From Eledone cirrhosa (lineage: Eukaryota), in assembly GCA_964016885.1 (NCBI GenBank), contig OZ024747.1:43710001-43774000 (forward strand): a stretch of 64,000 nt of DNA, in the 5' to 3' direction. Below the pieces are notes generated by a model that was not told the origin of the DNA, ran no database searches, and saw nothing but the letters and a program-made list of their open reading frames with translations. How positions within the stretch are numbered: the stretch's first letter is position 1; each line of letters opens with the position of its first letter. The position numbers and the translations under genes are program-made. This document shows, one piece after another, positions 11,627-24,206 of this stretch.

Positions 11627-13147
11627 AAACAAATAGTAGAGAAGAAAAAGATTTTTTCAGTAGAAAATGCTGAAGAGATTCTTTCAGTACAGTATCAAAA
11701 CATTTATTTATAAAGTGGATATTTCCGCATTTAATAACAGTACCGGTTTCAGCATTATATGCTTTTTCAACTGTGGATATGCATAATGTAGTTATGTTGC
11801 ATATTTATATGAATAATAAAAAGGGGAAGAAAAATTATTAGTTTTTACATAGTTTTTACATTAGAGAGGAGAGTTCATATCTCTGTCCATGTTAGTCCTT
11901 CTTTCTCTGTTAGTTGGCTGACAGACGTAGTAGTTTTAATTTTTTTGGTTTTGACTGGTATTAGTAGGAGGAGAGGGAGAAGGAAGAGTAGGGGGGACGT
12001 GGTGTGGGGGAGAAGAAGAAGGAGACAGGGTATAGGTGTGGTAGCAATCTGTTGTGGTGAAAGCCAATTTCAAAAATGGTTACAAAAGCAAGCTGGGATT
12101 GGTTTGAATGCTTGAATGACCTTAGATTTGACCGGGGAGGTGATTGCTTCTAAAAAATATCTATCTTGGTATTCCTGTCTGTAAGACTGTCATTCTTAAA
12201 TTGTTTTATCTTGGAAAAATCGACGTTGACTTTAAAATTTTGCCACAAAAAAAGATTCAGAGTTACTGAAATAATAATTCTATCTTCAGCACAAACTTCC
12301 AGATTGAAGGTAATGGAGAAAAGGGTTTCATTGATTCTAATAGGGGAAAACTATACCTACATACTATATTGTGGGGCCATGAAGGATGAAGAAGAAGGAT
12401 GACATTGGTGGGATTCAAAGCTAAAACGTACCAGGCTGTACATATTGTAAAGCATTCAGTTTGACACCTTAATGCTCCTATTTATCCAATTATCTTCATA
12501 GAGGTCCTCAAGGACTAGCTGATTTGGGTGTTTCTATGTGGTTGCTTGATCTGCATTATATAGTTGTCAGAAGTTGCTGGAGTCTTGGAGAAGGATACAT
12601 TGCCAAAGGATTAATTTGTCCAGGGTGTTAATTTTAAAGTGTCAAGATGTAGTTTAGTCTGAAGTGGATGCATTTAGAAAGGGTTTGTATTCAGTGATAA
12701 AGTGTGATTCCTTGCTAATGAGCTGGATGTAGGAAGCGTTGACTTTAAATTTGTAGAGGGGAAAAATTCTGAAATTGGGTTGTTCATTAGATGCGCAGGT
12801 CGCAATGTGTTCACTTAGTGCTATCTGTCTGTATTCCGATAAAAACAAAAAAAAAATTAAAACTACTACGTCTGTCAGCCAACTAACAGAGAACGAAGGA
12901 CAAATGTGGACAGAGATATGAATTCTCTCTAAATATGTATGTAAAAACTAATAATTTTCCTTCCTCTTTTTATTATTCATATAAATATGCAACATTATGA
13001 ATACCCACAGCTGAAAAAGCATATAATGCTGAAACCGGTATTATTAAATGCGGAAATATCCACTTTATAAATAAATGTTTTGATATTACACTGAAAGAAT
13101 CTCTTCACCATTTTCTACTGCAAAAATCTTTTTCCTCTCTACTATTT

Positions 13148-13151
<4 letters not shown>
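11627..13151 (-). mobile_element. Penelope-like element fragment: GIY-YIG C-terminus flanked by inverted ~320-bp pseudo-LTRs
   Basis: Arms 11627-11952 and 12842-13151 are reverse complements. Minus ORF 12654-12840 (EYRQIALSEHIATCA...FRIFPLYK...KESHFITEYKPFLN) has the H..C, E..FI and P.LN pattern of PLE GIY-YIG ends. (TA)n lies on both outer sides. Confidence 0.8.
11737..11774 (-). ncRNA. Putative minimal type I hammerhead ribozyme in the Penelope pseudo-LTR
   Basis: Minus strand reads ACAG TTGAAAA AGCA-TATAA-TGCT GAAA C-CG-G TA CTGT: stem I ACAG/CTGT, core with U3-A8, stem II, GAAA, palindromic stem III (ACCGGT), GUA cleavage triplet. Confidence 0.6.
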
Positions 13152-13194
<43 letters not shown>

Positions 13195-13196
<2 letters not shown>

Positions 13197-13408
13197 TGTC
13201 ACACTGTAATGTGGCCGTGTAGGTAACACGGTAAAAACCTCCCAGTCCACGCTTTAAACGTGGTTGGTGTTAGGAAGGGCATCTGGCCGTAGAAAACCTG
13301 CCAGACATTCCCATATGAGCGAGACGATCAATCTTGTCTCAAGTGGGACAATTCCCGTCTAAACCCATGGTAGCGTGGAAGATAGGTGTTAAACGATGAT
13401 GATGATGA

Positions 13409-13412
<4 letters not shown>
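13195..13412 (+). mobile_element. 3' part of a SINE with an RTE-type (GAT)n tail
   Basis: TGGTTGGTGTTAGGAAGGGCATC...CCCGTCTAAACCCATGGTAGCGTGGAA...(GAT)n. Related pieces lie at 13833-13995(-), 21120-21430(+) and 25330-25560(-). Confidence 0.75.
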
Positions 13413-13471
<59 letters not shown>

Positions 13472-13586
13472 TATATCTAGGGAGTGTAACTTGGAGTTAC
13501 TGCAGGTTCACCCGGGTGAGCACTCAATGTTTAAGTTCACTTCTGTGCTGAGGTGTAGAGCTATACAGAGTGTATTATATTGAAAG

Positions 13587-13793
13587 GATTGGTTACTCCT
13601 TCATTACATTTATTGGTAGGTGACGCGCGTTTCGCCACTGATCAGCTCAAGGTTCGATCTGTATCGATCCTACCTGACTCTATAATCGGCAGCTCGACGG
13701 ACCCTTTAAAATGCTATACAGATCGAACCTTGAGCTGATCAGTGGCGAAACGCGCGTCACCTACCAATAAATGTAATGAAGGAGTAACCAATC
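13587..13793. repeat. Perfect 78-bp inverted repeat with a 51-bp loop
   Basis: 13587-13664 is the exact reverse complement of 13716-13793. Confidence 0.95.
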
Positions 13794-14081
13794 GTCCTTG
13801 TTATCCTTTCAATATATATATATATATATATATCATCATCACTGCTTAATGAATTATTTTCCATGCTTGCATGGGTCAGATGGTTCGTCCACACTATGAG
13901 ACATATCTGGCCATTTGACCACGCCATTCCTTGCTGGGACTCTATATGGACATTTTTTTAATAGTTGGATGCTCTTTCTAACACCAACCATGTTGACATA
14001 CACACACACACACACACACTCATATATATATATACATACACACATATATATATATATATACATACATATATATATATATAT

Positions 14082-14481
14082 ATCATCATCATCATCATCA
14101 TCACCATTTTACGTCCGTTCTTCCACGCTAGCATGGGTTAGACGGGTTGTCCTGTTGTGGGCAGTGTCTGGTCGGCTGACCTTGTCTTGCTCATACAGGA
14201 ACTGATTCTGGCTTGATTTCTACAGCTGGATGCCCTTCCTAACACCAACCTCATTTACAGTGAGTGTTGGGTGCTTTTTTGCCGTGGCACCTCCACGACC
14301 ACTTTGCAGTGGAATGATATGGACCCCAGTCCTATCGTCTCATTTCTACAGCTGAGTAAACTGGAGCAATGTGAAATAAAGTGTCTTGCTCAAGGAAACA
14401 ACACATCACCCGGTCTGAGTATTGAACTCACAACCTTTCGATTGCAAGCCCAATGCTCTAACCACTAAGCCATGTGCCTTC
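14082..14481 (-). mobile_element. tRNA-derived SINE family R, long-tail variant
   Basis: Same head and body as 26521-26862, but the tail reads ...CAGTTCCTGTATGAGCAAG...CCCGTCTAACCCATGCTAGCGTGG...(GAT)n. Confidence 0.88.
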
Positions 14482-14576
14482 ACACATATATATATATATA
14501 TGTGAAAAAAGAGAGAGAGAAATAAAAAAGGAAAAAAATATATTTTTCTTCCTTATAATCGTCTCTTTATCCCTGT

Positions 14577-14769
<193 letters not shown>

Positions 14770-14775
14770 CACATG

Positions 14776-14897
14776 TGAAGGCACATGGTTGAGTGGTTAG
14801 AGAATTGGATTCGCAATCGTGAGGTTGTAAGTTCGGTTCCCGGATGGGGCAATGCATTATGTCCTTGGGCAAGACACTTTATTTCACGTTGCTCCTT
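14776..14897 (+). mobile_element. SINE head fragment (tRNA-related region plus TGTCCTTGGGCAAGACACTT domain)
   Basis: GAAGGCACATGGTTGAGTGGTTAGAG...AGTTCGGTTCCC, related to the family R head. Confidence 0.75.
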
Positions 14898-15019
14898 CTA
14901 CCTGGAGTTGTGACCGGTAGATAGTATTAGCAATTGGAAAGACCACTTGAAAAATTGTTTCCTCGGTCCGATCTGACGAAAGTCGATCTTTCCTTCATAT
15001 ATATACATACATATATATA

Positions 15020-15470
15020 TGGTGACTGCCAACTCGTTTTCGAGTACGGCCACTACTTTATATCCATGTAGGAGAACCCCTACCGATGCGCTGAACGAGT
15101 GTGACTTTTTAGTCCAGCCAGCGACTTGAAAACTCTGGTACAAACACTACACTTGTGACAATTATTGACACATAGTGCTGGGCCCTTGGTACCATGTGAC
15201 GACAAGTGCAGAGAGATCTCCAGATATAAAGCAATGCCTGCGCCGTGAAGCTTTTATAGTGAGCAAAGGCACTGCACAAAGCCAGTCCCACTCTCTTAAC
15301 CAAGATGATATTTACCAAAAAGAAGAACAAGTCAACATCATTGGATACCATCAGGGTTGCAAGTGTTATATCAGAGTTTTACTTCTCCTAGAATTCTGTC
15401 TTGACAAAGGCTAAGGGGTCATCTCTCCCGGTGATTTTGGATGGCGATTGACTCTTAAGAGCTCCTTTAC
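15020..15470 (+). mobile_element. Probable LINE 3' fragment (RTE-X-like end), ending in (TACA)n
   Basis: GC-richer block between microsatellites. The terminal GAGTTTTACTTCTCCTAGA...AAGGCTAAGGGG...CTCTCCC resembles RTE-X-type 3' ends from memory, but I see no clear protein motif. Confidence 0.35.
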
Positions 15471-15512
15471 ATACATATATATATATATATATACATATGT
15501 ACATGCATACAT

Positions 15513-15787
15513 TCATCATCATCACCACCACCATTTTATGTCTATTCTTCGATGCTAGCATGGGTTAGACAGGTTGTCCTGTTGTGGGCAATGCCAGGTC
15601 GGGTGACCCTGTCTTGCTCATACGGGAACTGATTTTGGCTTGATTTCTACAGCTGGATGCCCTTCCTAACACCAACCGCATTTACAGTGAGTGCTGGGTT
15701 CTTTTTTACCGTGGTGCCTACACGACCACTTTACAGTGTGGACTGGGTGCTTTTTTGTCGTGACACCTCCACGACCACTTTGCAGTG
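15513..15787 (-). mobile_element. SINE family R, 3' half, long-tail variant
   Basis: Aligns with 14082-14310 and has an internal duplication of the CACGACCACTTT segment. Confidence 0.8.
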
Positions 15788-15829
15788 GGAGGAGGCTGGG
15801 GGCATATTGTCTATATGCTTCAGCTTCGG

Positions 15830-16065
15830 CTTGTAGCCATGGGGGGTTGGGTCTTCTGTATTACTGCGTGACGCCAGAAGTCACACTCCTGTGTCATTGC
15901 CTTTGAGAGGTGCAATTGGACAAGGCCAGCTTTTATCACCTCATCCCAGGTCTCCTTGGGTCTCCCCACTGCACGGCTTTCATCGACTTCTAATGCTCTG
16001 CACCTTTTTATGCAGCTGTCATCCTTCATACACATCACATGTCCATACCAACGCAACCTCCTCTT
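15830..16065 (-). mobile_element. RTE LINE C-terminal fragment
   Basis: [44 protein letters not shown]...MTQECDFWRHAV. Confidence 0.88.
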
Positions 16066-16077
16066 TCTCTTTCTCTC

Positions 16078-16141
<64 letters not shown>

Positions 16142-16394
16142 CACACACATGTATATATATATATATAATATAATATATATATATATACATATAACACACA
16201 CACATATATATAATATAATATATATATTTATATATATATACATATAACACACACACACATATATATATATAATATAATATATATATATATATATACATAT
16301 AACACACACACACATATATATATATATAATATATATATTTATATATATATACATATAACACACACACACATATATATATATATATATTTTTAAA

Positions 16395-17041
16395 ATGCGA
16401 GAGGGCGCTATAGAAGTGGTGGATAGCTTCCGGTACCTAGATCAGATTAGCATGGGAGGAGGGTGTTCCGAGGCCATAGTATCTAGAATAAGGACGGGTT
16501 GGAAGAAGTTTAGGGAGCTGCTTCCTCTGTTGACGAAGAAGGGTTTCTCCCTGCGTACGAAAGGCCGGTTGTATGATGCCTGTGTGAGGAGCGCGATGCT
16601 GCATGGTAGTGAGACATGGGCAGCTACCGCAGAAGATATGTGACGGCTGGAGAGAAATAAGGCAAGCATGCTCCGTTGGATGTGCAGTGTAAATGTGCGT
16701 GAACGACCCAGCATAAATGTGTTGAGAGAGAAACTGTGTCTGAGAGGGATAGAATGTAGTGTACGGGAGAGGAGACTGAGGTGGTATGGACATGTGATGC
16801 GCATGGAGGATGACCGATGGGTGAAGAAGTGCCAGGAAATGCCAGTTGAAGGAAGACGTAGTAGAGGTAGACCACAAAAAACATGGGCGGAGGTGGTGAG
16901 AACAGACCTCAGATCATTGAAGCTCACGGTGGAGATGACGAGGGACTGTGACGAGTGGAGAGATGCTGTGCTGAATAAGACCCGTCCCACCCTTGCAAGC
17001 AGGGAAAAGCGGACGTAAAATGATGATGATGATGATGATGA
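16395..17041 (+). mobile_element. Young 5'-truncated RTE LINE (end of the RT domain and C-terminus) with a (GAT)n tail
   Basis: One frame with a single in-frame TGA (16641-16643): EVVDSFRYL...RIRTGWKKFREL...MLHGSETW...[12 protein letters not shown]...GRPQKTW...REKRT*, followed by (TGA)n. Confidence 0.93.
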
Positions 17042-17120
17042 TATATAATATATATATTTATATATATATACATATAACACACACACACATATATATATAA
17101 TATAATTATATATATATCAG

Positions 17121-17149
<29 letters not shown>

Positions 17150-17153
<4 letters not shown>

Positions 17154-17319
17154 AGATACCCATAACCCACCAGAGTACTCGATACTGGGGTAGTAGAGTG
17201 GATAATACGAAAAAATTCAGGACCCAGATGGGTGAGCTCCGGCTGTTTCGACAGCTAGATCCGAACTGTTTAGATCTAGCTGCCAAAATGGTCGGAGCTC
17301 AACCATTGGGGTCTTGAAC

Positions 17320-17322
<3 letters not shown>
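17150..17322 (-). repeat. Palindromic dispersed element (family P), copy 1
   Basis: Imperfect arms 17216-17261 and 17273-17318. The flank 17157-17212 is the reverse complement of the flank of the 62404-62590 copy. Confidence 0.85.
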
Positions 17323-17369
<47 letters not shown>

Positions 17370-17390
17370 TTTCTTATTTGCTAAACCCTG

Positions 17391-17433
<43 letters not shown>

Positions 17434-17434
17434 T

Positions 17435-17657
17435 ACCACCACCACCACCACCAACATCACTACCACCACCACCACCATCACCATCAACATCACTACTACC
17501 ACCACCACCACCACCACCACCATCAACATCCCTACCACCACCACCACCACCACCACCACCATCAACATCACTATCACCACCACCACCACCACCATCAACA
17601 TCACTATCACCACCACCACCACCACCATCAACATCACTACCACCACCACCACCACCA
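17435..17657. repeat. (CAC)n-based compound microsatellite
   Basis: Directly visible. Confidence 0.95.
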
Positions 17658-18639
17658 TATATATATACATATATATGTGTATGTATGGCTTTATGTATAT
17701 AGGAAACATCTGCAGCACCAACATCGATGGGTGGGTTGGGGAGTATGAGGGGATGATGTGTATTGGGGGGGGGGGGGGGTAATAATAATTTTGTCAGTCA
17801 ATCAAGAAACGCAATAGTTTCACAATGGCCGTATTTGTTCAGAAAAATCTTACCATAGTAAGAAGAGTAAGTGTAAATGCATTTATAGATTGTTTAATAA
17901 CAAAAGCAATTTATTAAGATGTAATCTATTTGAGGTGATAGACAATTGTGTCTGCATACAATGGCAGCAGCTATCTTGGTTTATTTTCAATGAATTCTAG
18001 ATTACGATGTATCCAAAGAAAGCTTAACAAAAGGGAAGGCCAGCTACTTATCGACAAGTTTGTGTGAGAAAGCAGTTTAAATTATAGCCAGACATATGAA
18101 CCAATCAGTCTGGAGTAGCAAAATACTATTCATTGGCTGTGAATTGCAATAAAACAGCATACAATTGCTAAACTTCAAGTTATTTCATTTAGAGTAAGAA
18201 ATCATCTCATTAACTGTGAGAAGTGTTCTTCAGTTCCTAGGGAAATACTGTGTAAACACATCATTTCTAGTGTGGCAGCTTAGGATGACAGTGTTGTTGG
18301 TAGAATGGAATCTATAGCACATATATCTATATGTTCTATAGATTGGCTTTGTATGAATATCACTGCATGAGTGTGTGTGTCTGTGTGCACATGTGTTTGT
18401 GTGTCTGTTTTAGCATTTGAAGATGTCACTATGTTTTAATATCATTAGTCTGTATGGGTGAGGTATGTGTTGATATTGTTTAGACCTAGGACAACCTTGA
18501 CTGAGCAAACCTATGATCAAAGGAGTTCCCTTTTACTTCCACTTTGTCTTCTTTTCTTCAGGCATGATGTATATATTAGGACTACACTATCTCATGTGTT
18601 GTATGTGTTATGACATTTTAAAGATGGCAGGATTAACAA

Positions 18640-18830
18640 GCCCAACAATTTTTGTGGGATACAAAAGTTGATTAAATCAATCCCAGTACTTGACTGATAC
18701 TTTATTTTATTAACCTCAGAAGGATGAAAGGCAAAGTTGACCTTGGCAGGATTTGAACTCAGAATGTAAAGGACTGGAAGAAATACCACAAAGCATTTCA
18801 TCTAATGTTCTACTGATTCTGCCAATAACA
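18640..18830 (-). mobile_element. SINE family M
   Basis: GGATGAAAGGCAAAGTTGACCTTGGCAGGATTTGAACTCAGAA core shared with the other copies. Confidence 0.8.
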
Positions 18831-19575
18831 TTGCTGAGAATTTCTTATTGAGAGAAAAACATATTACAACAAACAGTTATGTATTGTAGAATCAGAGACA
18901 GTGTGATGTCAAAAGGTACTTAAAGCTTCCTTCATTAAATCAATCAAGGGCTATTTTTAATTTATCAACCATGAGGTAGGGAAGAAAATAAGATTCTGTA
19001 CCTGAGTTCCACATCCAGAACTCCCTAAAAATGCAAATGTCCCAATCAAGAAAGATTGATTGATGAAGATTGACAGAAGAAATATGTCAGAAACAGAGGA
19101 TATTACCTGGAATTGGCAATCTGGAATGTTTGGTGCTGAAATCTTCCATTATAATTTTATGTAAGAACCTTTGTTAAATCATATTCCAAACACCATCTTA
19201 AAGAAAAATTAGTTATATTCTAAATCTTTCCAATTTCTTGCTTATGTTCAAATTTTACTAAAAGGTAAAAATCTCTTGCAATGCCACTACCATTAGCTGA
19301 TTGAGAACAAGGTTCTCTCGTTTTAGACACATCTTTATCACTTTTCACTTTAAAACTTACTAATTTGACTGACTTAAGATCACAATCAGATATGTTAGAT
19401 CAAAATCACATTCATCTTAATCAGAATCTTTTAAATTTTGCAGTAGTTCCTGAGCTGTAAATAAACTATGTGCTATCTATAAGTAGACATTTGTACACAG
19501 CCTAATTCTGCACTAACGACCTATCTTTATTCTGATTGGTTAATATATTTTAAGAGTTGTACTTGTTTGGCAGTA

Positions 19576-19830
19576 GAGGCACGCGGCCTAGTGGTAAGGG
19601 TGTTTGACTTATGATCATAATGTTGTGGGTTCGATTCTTAGGTTGCATGTTGTGTTCTTGAGCAAAACACTTCATTTCATGTTGCTCCAGTATACTGGGG
19701 GTTTAACCCTGTGATAGACTGGCATCCTGTCCAGGGAGTCTTGTACTCTGTTGCTTCACAGCATGAAACTGGGATAAGCACTGGCCAAATGATCCTTCTG
19801 GCTTAAGACAGACCGTAGACTTTTAGACTT
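19576..19830 (+). mobile_element. SINE family V, copy 2
   Basis: A box GGCCTAGTGG, B box GGTTCGATTC; the body matches 8286-8569. Confidence 0.8.
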
Positions 19831-21362
19831 GTTTTGGCAAGGAACTTGATTTGAGATTATGTGCTGAAATTAGAGCAATTTCATTGTGGAAGAGATAATT
19901 TTGCCATAGTGCAATGGTGTCAGTGACCACATTGTAAACAAAAATTTTGACATTAAGAAATGGATGAAAAATATAAAGTGAATTTAACAGTTTGTGTGCG
20001 TTTTCTTAATGGCTAAGTTGACTCCTCCACAATCTACTTTTCCTTTCACTAGATTTAAAGTGGGTTTTGTCAATTCCTGCTATACCATGAGCTCAACTGA
20101 ACCTCATGTTTGAAGTTCATGGTAAATTGGAAACATGGTTTATTTGAAGTTTTAATACTGTGCCGGTTGAAATAATAAAAGGATTTTAGGTGGATTTGAA
20201 CAAGCAGGTTCAATCGCTATGGTCTACTAACTTGTTGGGTTAATACTTTTGATATCAACCAGTCTTTACTCTGATAATGCAAATTTTCATAATGATCTGC
20301 CCATTATTAAAGATACTAACAACATTTGAATTAACAAAACTGTGTATTTAAATATTTTCTACTGAATTATTATGGGATGTTAAGAGTTAAAGTCAGTAGT
20401 GTGTGATTGGAGGGAAATATGGCTGTTATTTTTAGCAGTTTAGCTTCTAAATGTTTATGCTGCTGAACTAAAATAGTTGCTATTTTGCTGCCTTCCCTCT
20501 CACGAGATGATCCAACTGATAAGTGACAGCCATGACAGTTAGGTTCCAGGTTACAGTTAATGTATATTATGGGTGGTTTTATGTATTAACTCAATGTTCT
20601 AATTAAATAAATATGTTAACTCTAATGTTATATTATAAGATAAGTTAACAATAATTTAGTTGAAATTTGCAAATAGAGACAAAATAATTGATTTTCACTT
20701 TGAGATATTGCCAAATATAGAAAACCTAATGCATAGTTTAGACAAAACTGCAATAAATTTCTGTAACTGTTGTTTGTCATTGTTGTTGTTGATATTTATT
20801 AAGCAAGTTCAATGTTATTTCTTCAATATTCATTTGTCTACAAACATATGTACATAACTAATGTCAACATAGACATGGCATTGACCTGATAATGACCTAG
20901 TGTATATTATATGATTTATTTATAGTGTTAACATGGCTGCATGGTGGAGGAATCTAACTGGCATTTATCACAGGCAGATGAAATGTAAAGTTAACAGGGT
21001 CAGGATTTGAACTTGGAACATAGCTCCTTCAGCTGGATTTTCATCTTAGTGCTCTTTCACATTCCACTATGGGATGATTCCCTCCCCAGGCAAACAATGT
21101 ATCCCCAGCTCCAGCCTGTGTTGTGGTGGGTAGTGCTGGTGCTACAATAAGCACATCCAGTCGGTCCTTAAGGTGGTAGTGTCGGTGCCATGATAAAATG
21201 CTCCCATTACAGGCTGTAAAATGGTTGGCACTAGGAAGGATATCCAGTCATAGAAGCCAATCCTAAATTGAAAGTATGTGCAAGACATGATCACCTGACC
21301 AGTCCAGCCTCAGAATATGACAACCTGTCTAACCCATGCAAGCATGGAAAATAGAAAGTAGA

Positions 21363-21393
<31 letters not shown>

Positions 21394-21454
21394 AATGATA
21401 ATGATGATGATGGTGATGATGATGATGATGAAATATTTTAAAATTATCTCTTAA

Positions 21455-21656
21455 CCCTTTAGCATTTACCTTATTCTATATTTACTATTGTATTTTCATA
21501 TAACTATCTCACATAATATCAAATCTATGAGATCTTGATGTTATTTATTTTGAGAACAATACCTTAACACCAGTATGAGCAGCAGGTCATGGCCGGTTTG
21601 AACAGAAAGAAGTGAAAGAATTCTGGCCAGATACAGCTGGTTTAAATGCTAAAGAG
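21455..21656 (+). mobile_element. TTAA-flanked MITE family A, copy 3
   Basis: TTAA CCCTTTAGCATTTA...TAAATGCTAAAGAG TTAA. Confidence 0.87.
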
Positions 21657-21959
21657 TTAATGTAAGCTATAGGAAAAGATATTGGTATGTTTCTATGAAT
21701 GTATTGTAATGAAAGTTGATCATATGGTATCAATATTGCATAGCATGGGTAGAATTGGTAGCACTGCCAAAATGCTATTCAGTATACAGTATGAAGTAAT
21801 GTCTATGTTCTGACTTTTTGTCCAATAAAATAGGTGCCAGTGAAGTACTGAAGTTGATTTAATCGACTGTTTCACCAAGATTGATCTGGTCTTTAGGTTG
21901 ATTAATCGGAGAGAAACAGATGATAAAGAGCAGGTACCTAAGACAGAAATCAATATTGT

Positions 21960-22350
21960 TATAATGCAACAGTTTTACCAATAGTTATTCTGGAAAGTGA
22001 CAGACTAAGAAGCTGGGCACTTTCCACCAACTTTGCCTTTGGAAAATCCCAAAAGTCACCTGGAAAAAAACTGTCACAAATGAAGAAATATATTTTCAAA
22101 GCAGGTACCAGCCACTGCAAAATACTGTAGCACTGCGTCTGTTTCATTAGACAAATCATATTTCCCACATTCAGCATCCAAGAATTGCAATATAATAACT
22201 ACCAGAGTTAGGAAAGTAGACAAGGGTCTAGCCCACGAATACTTGGCACCAAACATTGCAAGATACATTGTGAAGAGAACTACAACAGATCAACCATGCT
22301 GGAAGAAGCTTGCTGCCTTCCCACATCAAGATTTGAGAAGGCATAACAAC
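21960..22350 (+). mobile_element. Degenerate RTE/BovB-like LINE C-terminal fragment
   Basis: KKLGTFHQLCLWKIPKVTWKKTVTNEEIY, with a later P.NTWHQT, matches the RTE FHQRCLRKIL.I.W...TNEEV motif. Confidence 0.65.
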
Positions 22351-22770
22351 TAATTACTAACAATAATACTAATACCAATTTCTAGGATAGTCACATAACT
22401 TCAAATTTAGTGGGTGTAGTATATTTGATTATATGAGCCCCACTTATTTAATTTAATTTATTTATTTTATTTTTGGGGGATTGGTATTAGTTTATCAACC
22501 CTTGAATGATTAAAAATAAAATTGAACTGAACAGGAATGAAAATCATATGTAACTGGTTGTGACTGGCAGAACTGGCATTCTACCAGTTCTGTCCTCTCC
22601 GATGAAAACAGCCCCAAACAGTAAAGGCCATACTATTTAGTCTTATACCTCTGAGTTCAAATATTGCTAAGGTCATTTTAGGTCTCAATTAGTTAAAATA
22701 AATAAAAACAAACTAACTATAAACTATTGGCAGCAAATTGGCAGAACTGTTAGAGCATTTTATGGAATAC

Positions 22771-23525
22771 CTGATGTGCTGAACAATACAGTTACTATAA
22801 CTATGGATGACCTGAGGTGCTGAGCAGTACAACTGTTGTAACTATGAATGGCCTTCTATACCATACAGTATAGTTATTGTAACTATGGTTGGCTTGATGT
22901 GCTGAACAGTACAGCTACTTCAAATATGGATGACTTGATGTACTGAACATTATAGCTACAATAACTATGGATGGCCTGATGTGCCATACAGTACAGCTAC
23001 AATAACTATGGATGGCCTGATGTGCCATACAGTACAGTTACAATAACTATGGATGGCCTGATGTGCCATACAGTACAGCTACAATAACTATGGATGACCT
23101 GATGTGCCATACAGTACAGCTACTGAAACTATGGATGGCCTCATGTGCCATACAGTACAGCTACAGTAACTATGGATGGCCTCATGTGCCATACAGTACA
23201 GCTACAATAACTATGGATGGCTTGATGTGCCATACAGTACAGCTACAGTAACTATGGATGGCCTCATGTGCCATACAGTACAGCTACAGTAACTATGGAT
23301 AGCCTGACATGCCATACAGTACAGCTACAATAACTATGGATGGCTTGATGTGCCATACAGTACAGCTACAATAACTATGGATGGCCTGATGTGCCGTACA
23401 GTACAGCTACAATAACTATGGATGGCCTGATGTGCCGTACAGTACAGCTACAATAACTATGGATGGCTTGATATGCCATACAGTACAGCTACTGTAACTA
23501 TGGATAGCCTGAGATGCCATAGAGT
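22771..23525. repeat. 41-bp minisatellite, about 18 units
   Basis: Unit GATGTGCCATACAGTACAGCTACAATAACTATGGATGGCCT, period 41; the leftmost ~5 units are degenerate. Confidence 0.95.
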
Positions 23526-24135
23526 ATGGCTTAGAGAAAAAATCAAGAAGAATTTATAAACTGGCCTCAGAGTAGCTCTTTATAACCATCAGCTTCAAAA
23601 ATTAGCCTGTGTAAGTAAGAAATCATAACAGTTGTATGAAGTATTGCGATAAGTAGTATGAAGTGTTGTGATATTATCTAGTTATATTATCAGTCTTCCC
23701 ATACAACATTGATCAATATTGAAAATATCAATGTTAAACAATGCTATATACATTAAGCTAACAAAAGCTTATTATTAATTCTGTCTGTCTTGTTATGTCT
23801 TGTCATTGATAGGGGCATTATATTGAGGACACTAAATGCTAGAAAAAGAAATTAATGTTTCGAAACTAAAATCTATGTCAGACTAGCTTTTATCTTGCGA
23901 TATTGTCACATAGAATAACATATAGATTTGTGTGTTCTTTTTACCTAGCAATCACTTAAGCTGATACTGCTTCTTTTATTCACTTGAATAACCAGCTAGC
24001 TTATCTCAGCATATGATTAGATAGATGTAAGTAAACAGATTATCTCCAAGCTTCTGGACTGGGCTGTAACTTAAATAAATCCACAATTTACCTATGATAT
24101 GGTTAAAGCAATTTCTGTAGCTTACAGTAAACATC

Positions 24136-24140
<5 letters not shown>

Positions 24141-24204
<64 letters not shown>
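24141..24204. repeat. (GA)n microsatellite
   Basis: Directly visible. Confidence 0.97.
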
Positions 24205-24206
<2 letters not shown>

